Positions 48,906 to 57,767 of a stretch of DNA of 64,000 nucleotides are shown in pieces. The notes beneath the pieces are model-generated. The model had not been told where the DNA came from. It ran no database searches and saw nothing but the letters and a program-made list of their open reading frames with translations. The first letter of the stretch is position 1. Each line of letters begins with the position of its first letter. A program made the position numbers and the translations under genes. The stretch is from Patescibacteria group bacterium. Lineage in GTDB: Bacteria; Patescibacteriota; Patescibacteriia; UBA9934. The stretch lies in the NCBI GenBank assembly GCA_041660165.1, contig JBAZWW010000001.1, positions 105,035 through 169,034 of the forward strand, read 5' to 3'.

Positions 48906-50051
48906 ATGCACGCCAAAACCTGGGTTGAGATTTCTGCTCCGGCTCTGCGGAGCAATATTCGTGAGCTGATGGCTACGCTCAGCCCAGGCGTTTCTTTTTG
49001 CGCCATCGTCAAAGCGAATGCCTACGGCCACGGCACAGCGCAAGTGGCCTCAATCGCCGTTCAGGAAGGCGTGAAGCTATTCGGGGTTGACTCAGTTGAC
49101 GAAGCCTTGGTTGTTAGAGCCGTCGCGCCTAAAGCGTCGATTTTTATTATGGGGGCAACCATCCCCGAACGGCTTGAGGACGTTATAAATGTTCGAGCAA
49201 TTCAAGCCATCTATGACGTTGGCAGTCTGAAAGCCATTCGCGAGACGGCTCGATTACTTGGCAAACCGGCGCTCGTGACGATCGAGCTTGAAACCGGTTT
49301 GCACCGGCTCGGCGCGGAAGGGCGAGAACTTTCGGCTATGCTAGACGAGCTCAAATTTTCCTGTGGGCTCGTGTATGTCGTTAGTGTTGCTTCGCATCTT
49401 TCGAGTGCGGAAGACCTGCCGATGGCGGGTTTGACAAGCGGTCAGTATGACCGTTTCTGGAAAGCGGTCAGCGAGATTCAGACAAAGGGCCATCAGCCTG
49501 AACACCTGCATATTGCCTGCTCGGCTGCCGGCATCATGCATGAGCTGAATCACGGCACGCAGATTCGCTACGGCATTGTCATGTACGGCCTGTGGCCATC
49601 GCTTGACGTCCGGCGAGCCGGCACGCTCGGTAAACACCACGCCGACCTGAAACCGGTGCTGTCGTGGAAAACAACGATTGCTCAAGTGAAGGATGTGTCG
49701 GCTGGTGCGGGAATTAGTTATGGACCAACGGTTGTTGTAAATAGGCTGACTCGAGTAGCTGTTTTGCCAGTAGGCTATTACGATGGCTATGATCGAGCGT
49801 TGTCTGGCATTAGTTCGGTTGTCATTCACGGCACAAAGTGCCCTATCCTCGGCCGTGTTTGCATGAACATGTTCATGGTGGATGTCTCGACCGTTCCAGG
49901 AACGCTCTCTGCGAACACGCCAGTTACCTTGCTCGGACGTGACGGCATTCATACAATTACCGCTGAAGACATCGCTGATAAACTCGGCACGATCAATTAC
50001 GAGGTGGTAACGCGCATAAATCCGCTCTTGCCTCGTGTTATCGTTGGGTAG
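48906..50051 (+). CDS. alr: Alanine racemase
   Basis: AIVKANAYGHG, VGYYDGY, GRVCMN, GTINYE. Confidence 0.96.
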   Translation: MHAKTWVEISAPALRSNIRELMATLSPGVSFCAIVKANAYGHGTAQVASIAVQEGVKLFGVDSVDEALVVRAVAPKASIFIMGATIPERLEDVINVRAIQAIYDVGSLKAIRETARLLGKPALVTIELETGLHRLGAEGRELSAMLDELKFSCGLVYVVSVASHLSSAEDLPMAGLTSGQYDRFWKAVSEIQTKGHQPEHLHIACSAAGIMHELNHGTQIRYGIVMYGLWPSLDVRRAGTLGKHHADLKPVLSWKTTIAQVKDVSAGAGISYGPTVVVNRLTRVAVLPVGYYDGYDRALSGISSVVIHGTKCPILGRVCMNMFMVDVSTVPGTLSANTPVTLLGRDGIHTITAEDIADKLGTINYEVVTRINPLLPRVIVG

Positions 50052-50052
50052 T

Positions 50053-50922
50053 ATGAAGCGCGACTTTTTTAGGGCCTCGATAGCGAAAGCGCATGATGGA
50101 GAAGGGATGGCTAATCCCTTGTTTCCGGTTCATCAAAAACCGCTCTGGAAAAAGATCTTGTATGTGGTATTTGTGACGAGTCTATCATTTGGTGCCTGCG
50201 AGTTTGGCATTTCGTATTTACAACGTCCGCAATTTCAGTTATCGAACGTGACATTAGAGGGCCTGTCGTTGCTTGATGAGGGGGCGGTGCGAGGCGTGAT
50301 TGATAAAGACCTGCATGAAAGAACGATGCTCTTCTTCACGCAAGGGCATCAAGCATTTTTTAACGCTGATGATCTCAAGGCCGTGCTAACAGAAAATTTC
50401 TCTATTCGCGGAGTTTCAGTCGCCCGAAACGGAGCAGATCTTCATGTGGCCATCGTTGAAGATATCGTTATGGTCCTGGTGCATTCCAGCGAGCATTGGC
50501 TTTTAACAGGACTCGATGGAAAGATCTTGCGGGAACTTTCAGCAGAGGAAATTAAGAATGCTAGCGCCTCTGAAGTTACCCCGCCATTTGATAGAGTGCC
50601 CTTGATCGTTCTTGACGAACAAATTGATTCCGCACTCGCTGAACCCGTCATCTCGCCCGCCAGGCTTGCGGGCTTGGTGAAACTCGACCATAATCTGCGG
50701 GCCAGAACGCTGACTCCCATCAGCTATTCCCTCAATACTCGCAAAACGAGCTGGCTAAAGGTAAAAGTAAAAGAAAAACCCTACGGCATTCTGGTGGATC
50801 TTGATCAGGACATTGAACAAGAAACCGCCATGTTAGACGCCGCCGCTGCCTCATACGCCAACGCCGATGGGGGACTGCAATACATTGATCTTAGATTTGG
50901 AAATCACGTTTACGTAAAATAA
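50053..50922 (+). CDS. FtsQ/DivIB-like membrane-anchored protein
   Basis: Single TM, POTRA-like region, C-terminal YIDLRFGNHVYVK. Confidence 0.75.
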   Translation: MKRDFFRASIAKAHDGEGMANPLFPVHQKPLWKKILYVVFVTSLSFGACEFGISYLQRPQFQLSNVTLEGLSLLDEGAVRGVIDKDLHERTMLFFTQGHQAFFNADDLKAVLTENFSIRGVSVARNGADLHVAIVEDIVMVLVHSSEHWLLTGLDGKILRELSAEEIKNASASEVTPPFDRVPLIVLDEQIDSALAEPVISPARLAGLVKLDHNLRARTLTPISYSLNTRKTSWLKVKVKEKPYGILVDLDQDIEQETAMLDAAAASYANADGGLQYIDLRFGNHVYVK

Positions 50923-50923
50923 T

Positions 50924-51910
50924 ATGAAAATTCTTGTCACGGGAGGCGCGGGCTTTATTGGCTCGAACCTTGTTCGCCGATTGCTTGATGCCAAGCACGA
51001 TGTTACAATTTACGACTGTTTTTCTACCGGCGTTGAGGCGAACATTGAAGGACTGCCCGTGGAAATTATCCGTGACACAATTAGTAATTTCGACAAGCAC
51101 GATTCGTCCGCCTTTGAGGTAATTTTCCACCTTGGTATGCCAAGTACCATGATGCTCTATAGAAACGACTCGGTTGATACCATGTATGAGGCGGTCATTG
51201 GCATGCAGAGGATACTCGAGGCCTGCAGAGTACATGGCTCAAAGCTCATTTTTGCCAGTTCGTCGAGCGTCTATAACGGCCTTGAACTCCCGCACACGGA
51301 AGATCGAGAGATACTGATCAAAGACTTCTACACGGAGGCGCGAGTAGCTATGGAGCGCATGGCCAAATTATATACGGATCTCTACGGCCTGAATTCAATC
51401 GGCTTCCGTTTCTTTGCGGTCTACGGCCCGCACGAGGAGGCTAAGAAAGGCTACGCGAATATGGTCAGTCAGTTTATGTGGTCAATCATGAAGGGTGATG
51501 CTCCGCGAGTATTTGGCGACGGTACGCAGACCCGTGATTTTACCTACGTTGATGACGTGACGAGGATTCTCGCGGAAGCCATGGACAGGACGTTTGACCG
51601 CACGGAGATTTTCAACATTGGCACGGCGCACAACTATACTTTTAACGACATCATTCGAGTAATAAACGAAGAACTCGGCACGAACGTTCAGCCGGTCTAC
51701 GTCCCGAATCCGATCCGCAATTACGTTTCAACTTTGCTCGCTGACATCACGAAGCTAAAACAGCACTTCGGTGCACCAGAGATTGAACTTCGCGAGGGCG
51801 TAAGACGGCTCGTGAACTACTACAAAACAGAATCAGCCCCTCCAGATATGCAAAAGATGGAAGACTACTACGTCTCAAAGGTGGCCACCCGCGGACCTGA
51901 CGAGAAATAA
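50924..51910 (+). CDS. NAD-dependent epimerase/dehydratase
   Basis: VTGGAGFIGS, ASSSSVY, GDGTQTRDFTYV. Confidence 0.93.
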   Translation: MKILVTGGAGFIGSNLVRRLLDAKHDVTIYDCFSTGVEANIEGLPVEIIRDTISNFDKHDSSAFEVIFHLGMPSTMMLYRNDSVDTMYEAVIGMQRILEACRVHGSKLIFASSSSVYNGLELPHTEDREILIKDFYTEARVAMERMAKLYTDLYGLNSIGFRFFAVYGPHEEAKKGYANMVSQFMWSIMKGDAPRVFGDGTQTRDFTYVDDVTRILAEAMDRTFDRTEIFNIGTAHNYTFNDIIRVINEELGTNVQPVYVPNPIRNYVSTLLADITKLKQHFGAPEIELREGVRRLVNYYKTESAPPDMQKMEDYYVSKVATRGPDEK

Positions 51911-51913
51911 TTT

Positions 51914-52339
51914 ATGGCCATTAGAAAACCACCGCGAGGAGTTGCTGCGTCCGTTGCTGTTTATTCGGCGAGTACAGGTTCATTTTTGATGATTCAGAGA
52001 AAGTGGGACCCAGATAAGGGCAAATGGGCCTTTCCTGGCGGGTATATGGAGGTTGATCAGGAAACCCTTGAGCAGGCCGGGGTCCGAGAATTAAAAGAAG
52101 AAACGGGTGTTGAGATTGCCGAAGCTCAGCTGAAGCTGATGCACGTACTGTCGGACCCTAAAAGAGACCCGCGGGGCCACGTAGTTGACGTGGGCTACTT
52201 TGTTCGCTTTGAAAAAGAGGCGCCCGGAATTGGCAGTGATGAAACGCGTACAAAATGGATCACGGTAGATGTGGCAAAACGGCTTGATTTCGCCCTGGGG
52301 CACCGTCAAATGTTTGATGAGGCCATGAAACTTATCTAG
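51914..52339 (+). CDS. NUDIX hydrolase
   Basis: WAFPGG....ETLEQAGVRELKEETG, RDPRGH. Confidence 0.93.
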   Translation: MAIRKPPRGVAASVAVYSASTGSFLMIQRKWDPDKGKWAFPGGYMEVDQETLEQAGVRELKEETGVEIAEAQLKLMHVLSDPKRDPRGHVVDVGYFVRFEKEAPGIGSDETRTKWITVDVAKRLDFALGHRQMFDEAMKLI

Positions 52340-53265
52340 AGCTTCACGATCTGTTCGGCAAGCTGCACGTTCTCAATTTTGCTGTCGTGGTCAACGATAC
52401 ATGTGTCAATTTTCGAGTTCTCGATTCGTGCTCCCGCCAAAATGATCGAATCCTTAATGGTCGAATTTTTGATCTCGCAAGTTTCGTCAACATGATTCAC
52501 ACCCGCGAACGTATTGCCGAGTGCGGGGTCAAGGAACCTTGGCGGAACGGCGATCGAGGCCCCGGCATGAATGTGGGCGTCCACATACGCCCTGAAAGAG
52601 CCGATGTCATTCCAGTAGCCCGTGAAGGTATAGACATGAGACTCAACTCCTTGTTCGAGGAAATTCTCGAACACTGCCCCGATACGATCAGGCAAGCGGA
52701 CAGCGAGTTCCGAAATCATCGGCAAGTAGCGCTGAGGCACGTAATAGAAACAGGCGCCAACGAGTGTGGAGAGGGGATGCTCCGGCTTCTCTTGAAAGCT
52801 TTTTACGACGCTACCTTCCGCGATAACTACCCCGTACTTTTTTGCATCTTCAACATTTTGAATATCATAAGCAGCTAGCGCCGGCTGATTCTGAGTAAAG
52901 GCCATGAAGTCCTCTATCTTGAAGCTGAAGAAATTGTCCCCGCCGATAATTAGCAGGTCCTCGTCAATCTTAAACTGGTCTATGGCGAGTCCTACCGCGC
53001 CAAGGGAACCCTTCTTCGTAGCTTCTGACGTAGACGGTTCTACGAGCACAGTGATGTCCCTGTCTGCGTGCAGTTTTCGCCACTCGTGAAAATCGTTCTC
53101 AAACGCGGTATTGGTGCTCACAATGATGGGGAAGTGGGCGGGGACGTTCTCCACGATATGCGAAATGACCGCCTTGCCAGCCAGCGGTAAAAGCGTCTTC
53201 GCTTTATCTGCGGTTAATGGTTGCAAGCGTTTAGCAAAACCTCCGGCGAGGATCAATACTTTCAT
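52336..53265 (-). CDS. Sugar-phosphate nucleotidyltransferase
   Basis: ILAGGFAKRL.PLT...KTLLP, FQEKP, WNDIG, C-terminal beta-helix. Confidence 0.9.
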   Translation of the reverse strand: MKVLILAGGFAKRLQPLTADKAKTLLPLAGKAVISHIVENVPAHFPIIVSTNTAFENDFHEWRKLHADRDITVLVEPSTSEATKKGSLGAVGLAIDQFKIDEDLLIIGGDNFFSFKIEDFMAFTQNQPALAAYDIQNVEDAKKYGVVIAEGSVVKSFQEKPEHPLSTLVGACFYYVPQRYLPMISELAVRLPDRIGAVFENFLEQGVESHVYTFTGYWNDIGSFRAYVDAHIHAGASIAVPPRFLDPALGNTFAGVNHVDETCEIKNSTIKDSIILAGARIENSKIDTCIVDHDSKIENVQLAEQIVKL

Positions 53266-53494
53266 AAGATGATTCTTTTTATCACAAAATGGGAGACGGT
53301 TCAATATGGGTCAGATTCTAGACAGGGGAGTAGGGAGACCCATATGCTAGTTTAAAACGCGGGTATCCAGATAGCCTTCACACGAATATAGTGGCGTCGC
53401 ACAATATATCTTCTACGACCCTTGGGGCGTTAATTACCATGAATCGCTAATACCTCAATAACCTTAGCATCCCTCCTGAATCATACTTGTTCGC

Positions 53495-53540
53495 CCAATC
53501 AGATCTCTTCCCTTCGACAAGCTCAGGGTCGAGATGACAA
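53495..53540. repeat. Half palindromic element with nested CCCTTCGACAAGCTCAGGG
   Basis: CCAATCAGATCTC...GAGATGAC. Confidence 0.75.
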
Positions 53541-53673
53541 CGTGGACCGTCAGATCCAGCCTCGATCACAACCGTCTTTAAACTCGCCAAAACCCCGACG
53601 CGTTTAAATGCCCTGGGTTGATTTGGGGGTATCCTAGTACCCCTAATTTAAAGTGCGAAAACCAGCGGTCCTT

Positions 53674-54879
53674 TTAGCGTGGCAAGAACGGCATAGGGTC
53701 TACAGGAATACCACCTTTACGCACTTCAAAGTGCAGGTGCGGACCCGTTGAGAGTCCCGCACCCTTGCTTCCTGGGCGTCCACCAGATAGTCCAATGATG
53801 TCGCCACGGCTGACTACCTGGTCTTGCACGACCATGAATTTTGAAAGATGCGCGTATAACGTAGCCAAACCGTTTTCATGAATAATCATGATGTAGTTGC
53901 CGTATTGACTGCCGGTACGGGTCCAGGCCACAACGCCTGGCGCAGCGGCCTCAACGGGACTGCCCTGAGGCGTAGCGATATCGAGTCCAGGGTGTTCGAA
54001 CAAGTATCGAAACGGATAGGTAGGGTCGTGAAATAATGTAGTAATGATCCCGCGGAGAGGCCAGGTTATAGCACTCGGATTCGGATCATCGCTCTGTGCC
54101 AATGCCTCATCCGCTTTATTTTGAAGCTCATTGATTCTGGTAGTGATCGCTTGCTGTTCTTGGCGTAATTCATTGATGAGCTGGCGGTACCCCGCCTCTG
54201 TGTCCTCCGTCTCCGCAGCCAGAACTTCCTTTGCTCCCTTCTGATTTTCAAGGACGAGCGCCTGCTTCTTCAGCTTCTGTTCAAGGGTCTGGAGGTCCTC
54301 TAATTTAGAGCTGGCTGTACTCATATCCTCCTGAAGTCCTTCCCGCGTGACGTGCGTAGCGGACAGTGTCTTGCGCAGGTCTCCGTTCACGGATTCAAGA
54401 TCCGCCACAGCTTTAAATACCTGATCAAATGTCTTTGCGCCAAGCATGAGCTCAAGCGCTCCTCCTTCTGCGTCCTGCTTGTGGAGTGAAAAGATGAGAT
54501 TGCCAAGCAATTGCTTTTGTCTCTCCAGCTTCTTATCAGCCTCGCTAATCTTACCGTTGATTTGTTGGAGCTCAAGATTTGAGGTATCAATCTCCGCCTG
54601 CGTGCTTGCCACGTCAAGCTCTGCCATGGCCGTTTGGTTTTCAAGAAGTGCTATGTCATTCATGAGCGATGCTGACTTCTTTCCGTACTCCGCAATTTTC
54701 TTTTTATACTCGCCCAGCTGATTGTTAATGGTCTCAATCTGCGCTTTGCGGTTTTGAATTTCTTGAGCAATCGCCGTAGGATCCGTTGGCATTTCAGCGA
54801 GCGCGAACAACTGCGCGGGCGCAATGCTCACAGCTAGAAGCGCTAGAACAGTTTGTCGAACAATCCTCCGAATGTTCAT
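53674..54879 (-). CDS. Coiled-coil M23 peptidase (EnvC/MepM-like)
   Basis: Signal peptide, coiled coil, HPGLDI, TLYAHLS, STGPHLHFEVR. Confidence 0.93.
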   Translation of the reverse strand: MNIRRIVRQTVLALLAVSIAPAQLFALAEMPTDPTAIAQEIQNRKAQIETINNQLGEYKKKIAEYGKKSASLMNDIALLENQTAMAELDVASTQAEIDTSNLELQQINGKISEADKKLERQKQLLGNLIFSLHKQDAEGGALELMLGAKTFDQVFKAVADLESVNGDLRKTLSATHVTREGLQEDMSTASSKLEDLQTLEQKLKKQALVLENQKGAKEVLAAETEDTEAGYRQLINELRQEQQAITTRINELQNKADEALAQSDDPNPSAITWPLRGIITTLFHDPTYPFRYLFEHPGLDIATPQGSPVEAAAPGVVAWTRTGSQYGNYIMIIHENGLATLYAHLSKFMVVQDQVVSRGDIIGLSGGRPGSKGAGLSTGPHLHFEVRKGGIPVDPMPFLPR

Positions 54880-54896
54880 AGTGGCGTTCATACTGA

Positions 54897-54933
54897 TGGC
54901 CAATTCAGATCCCTCGCTCTGCTCGGGATGACA
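54897..54933. repeat. Half palindromic element
   Basis: Reverse complement of GTCATCCCGAGCAGAGCGAGGGATCTGAATTGGCC at 25074. Confidence 0.85.
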
Positions 54934-54941
54934 AACGCGTC

Positions 54942-56405
54942 CTACTCGATGATCTTAATAGCCTTCTCGATCCGTTTCAGAGATTCCTCTTTTCCTAAAA
55001 CCCACAACAGCTCGAATGGACTGGCAGATTTTTCACGGCCGGATAACGCGACGCGAAGAGGCCACAACACGTTGCCGTTTGAGAGGCCCTTATCCGTAAT
55101 ATACGCCTTCACAGATGCCTCGAGAAGCACAATTTCTGAAAAGGTCTTTTGGTCGAGCATTTTCAGGTGCTCAAGCATTCCCGCCAACTGCATCTTTGCA
55201 TCCACGACATCAGCTTTTTTCCAAACGAGAATCGCTGGCTCGTAGCCCTCGGCCGACAGATACGGCGCGATCGCCGGCACGAACTCGGCCAGCGTGTTGA
55301 CCCGGGGGCGCTCGATAATCACAGCTCGGCGGACGAGTTCATTCTGCAGATCAATCTCCGCAGAAAAAGCCCCAAGTGTCGTAAAAAACTCAGCCTCCCC
55401 CATTGCGTTCAGATAGTGGTGGTTCATCCAGTCGAGTTTCTCGTGATTGAGTACGGCTCCGCTCTTATTCACTTTGGAGAGATCAAAAAGTTCGATCAGT
55501 TCCTGTAGCGTATAGAGTTCCTGGTCAGCTTTCGGATTAAAGCCGAGTGTTCCAATAAAGTTCAGGAGCGTTTTTGGCAAGTAGCCCTTCTGTAAAAACT
55601 CCTCCACTGCTACATCACCCTGGCGCTTGGATAACTTCGTTTTATCAGGGTTGAGCAGAAGCGGAAGATGAGCGAACTCCGGAACCTTCCAGCCGAACAT
55701 GCCAAAAAGGATGGTCTGCTTTGGCGTTGACGGCAACCATTCTTCGCCCCGAATAATGTGCGAGATTTCCATGTGGTGGTCATCAACCACCACGGCCAAG
55801 TGATACGTTGGGAAACCGTCAGACTTCATCAGCACCTGGTCATCAATCTCCTGGTGCGAGATGGTAACTTCGCCCCGTACAAGGTCCTTGATCGTGGTTG
55901 AGCCTTCGGGCACCTTCATGCGGATGACGCTAGGCTCGCCGGCAGTTAATCTGGCGCTAACCTCGCCTGCCGATAGTTTTAGACACAGGCGATCATAGCG
56001 CGGTGTTTGTTTGGCAGCCGTTTGCGCCGTGCGCATTTCTTCTAGTCGCTCGGCCGTGCAGAAACAGCGATACGCGTGGCCATCAGTGAGCAACTGTTCG
56101 GCATACTTCTGATACATGGGCAAGCGTTGTGACTGGACGTACGGGCCGAACGGTCCTTTTTCAGACAGCGTTCCATCCGCTAAAAGAACCGGGCCTTCAT
56201 CATGCCCAAGCCCAAAAACCGCCAGCGTTTTGAGTAAATTTTCAACCGCTCCGGGGACAAGGCGCTTCTGATCAGTGTCCTCAATGCGGATCAAAAATTC
56301 ACCGCCATTTTTCTTCGCGAAGAGATAATTGGACAACGCCATACGAAGCGTTCCAATGTGCATGAAGCCGGTTGGCGATGGTGCAATTCTTGTTCGGACA
56401 TGCAT
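54942..56405 (-). CDS. gltX: Glutamyl-tRNA synthetase
   Basis: APSPTGFMHIG, RIEDTD, RGEEW, KLSKR. Confidence 0.98.
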   Translation of the reverse strand: MHVRTRIAPSPTGFMHIGTLRMALSNYLFAKKNGGEFLIRIEDTDQKRLVPGAVENLLKTLAVFGLGHDEGPVLLADGTLSEKGPFGPYVQSQRLPMYQKYAEQLLTDGHAYRCFCTAERLEEMRTAQTAAKQTPRYDRLCLKLSAGEVSARLTAGEPSVIRMKVPEGSTTIKDLVRGEVTISHQEIDDQVLMKSDGFPTYHLAVVVDDHHMEISHIIRGEEWLPSTPKQTILFGMFGWKVPEFAHLPLLLNPDKTKLSKRQGDVAVEEFLQKGYLPKTLLNFIGTLGFNPKADQELYTLQELIELFDLSKVNKSGAVLNHEKLDWMNHHYLNAMGEAEFFTTLGAFSAEIDLQNELVRRAVIIERPRVNTLAEFVPAIAPYLSAEGYEPAILVWKKADVVDAKMQLAGMLEHLKMLDQKTFSEIVLLEASVKAYITDKGLSNGNVLWPLRVALSGREKSASPFELLWVLGKEESLKRIEKAIKIIE

Positions 56406-56428
56406 AGCGTTGTTGTTGTCCTAATTTA

Positions 56429-57244
56429 TTAAAATAACTCGCTGTAAACGCGCTTCGCTGCCTTCAAGAGCCTTCTCCGGCCGATACACTCCCAGACTAC
56501 AACTGCTGGAAAAACGATGACTGCCCGGAATATTCGCGGTGATCGCCAGGGCTGTTTAATCAACCGCCACAAGGACTCTACCCCTCGCTTGCGCCAGGCT
56601 AACGGCGGAATGAGCGACGGATGCGCCAGCGTGCGAATGGCCCCGCCAACGCCAATGAGAATACGTGCGGTCGAAATTTCCTCAGCAAGAAACGCCATGA
56701 CCCGCTCCTGTTTCCCCTGCCGGCGCCCCCTCCCCTGCCCCAACGCCACAGCAATAATAACAGGTTCAAGCGATTTGACGCGGGAGGCCACAGCCTCAGA
56801 TAGCCTTGGCACCTCATCATCAATGATGCCGGGATCAAGAGCCACAATATCAAGCGTGGGATATAACTTCTTAAACTCTCCGCCAACAATTTCCGGATCT
56901 TTGCCAGTTCCGCCAAGAATGAGCATCCGCTTGCCAGACTCAGCGCTGAGGCGGGCTAACAACTGCAGAGTGTCAACGCCAGTGTGACGATGAATAAGCG
57001 CCTCATCATCCGTCAACGCGGCCACGGCGTACTTAATACTGACCCCATCGGGCAAAGATAAGTCCGCACTTTTTAGAATACCGCGGAACTCTGCATCATC
57101 CCGAGCGGAAAGAATAAATTCAGCGTTGGGCGTAACCACAATATTCGCCCGGGCAGAGACGAGCATGTCGTTCAGTCTTTGTTCAAGCTCCGCGTCAGGA
57201 ATGTCATCCACTCGAACACCTAAGATGTCATGCGAAGAGTTCAT
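56429..57244 (-). CDS. WecB/TagA/CpsF-family glycosyltransferase
   Basis: VVTPNAE, ADLSLPDG, TGVD, KQE, IGVGGA, WRLIKQPWR. Confidence 0.9.
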   Translation of the reverse strand: MNSSHDILGVRVDDIPDAELEQRLNDMLVSARANIVVTPNAEFILSARDDAEFRGILKSADLSLPDGVSIKYAVAALTDDEALIHRHTGVDTLQLLARLSAESGKRMLILGGTGKDPEIVGGEFKKLYPTLDIVALDPGIIDDEVPRLSEAVASRVKSLEPVIIAVALGQGRGRRQGKQERVMAFLAEEISTARILIGVGGAIRTLAHPSLIPPLAWRKRGVESLWRLIKQPWRSPRIFRAVIVFPAVVVWECIGRRRLLKAAKRVYSELF

Positions 57245-57669
57245 GATTTTTTACGAAAGGTGATGTACGAGCATGCAAACGCAGCCATTGCCCCGAATAG
57301 ATCAAAAAATAAATCTTTCATAGTATCTCCAATACTCGGCTGGGCAGGAGTAAAAACAACCTGCGTAAAGGCTCGGGCAAAATCGTGAATAAACTCATAC
57401 CACTCCCAAACAATACCTACAATCGCCACAAAGCCAATCACCGCCACCGTCTTCACCAGGAACGGTATACTGGAGAGCGAACGCTTGCCGTAGCCCAGGC
57501 CCATATCCCACGCAACCAGCCCCATGACTGCAATAGATGCTCCACCCAGGAAGTGCATGGGAATATCAAAGTACGGCCAAACCCCATAAACACCGGCCTT
57601 CGCCCCAAAAAAGTTAATGAAGTAAATTGCCAAAGTGAAGCCAAAAAGCTTAAGTAATTTGCTCAACAT
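57241..57669 (-). CDS. Membrane protein (VanZ/DUF2238-like)
   Basis: FDIPMHFLGG, WEWYEF, DTMKDLFFDLFGA. Confidence 0.8.
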   Translation of the reverse strand: MLSKLLKLFGFTLAIYFINFFGAKAGVYGVWPYFDIPMHFLGGASIAVMGLVAWDMGLGYGKRSLSSIPFLVKTVAVIGFVAIVGIVWEWYEFIHDFARAFTQVVFTPAQPSIGDTMKDLFFDLFGAMAAFACSYITFRKKS

Positions 57670-57712
57670 ATTGGCCCCATGATACGCCCACCCAAAGTTC
57701 TCCACAAGTAAA

Positions 57713-57753
57713 TTGACACCCCTATTTTAGCAATCTATACTTGTGAGTGCTAA
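57713..57753 (+). promoter_or_regulatory. clpB promoter overlapped by a CIRCE (HrcA operator)
   Basis: TTGACA-N17-TATACT; TTAGCAATC-N9-GAGTGCTAA at 57727-57753, one mismatch to the CIRCE consensus. Confidence 0.9.
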
Positions 57754-57767
57754 GCTGAAAATGCCCT

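Noticed and set aside
53266-53673. tRNA, tmRNA or RNase P RNA in the long intergenic gap
   Set aside because: No cloverleaf or TTCGA arm and no GAGGAAAGTC signature seen by eye.
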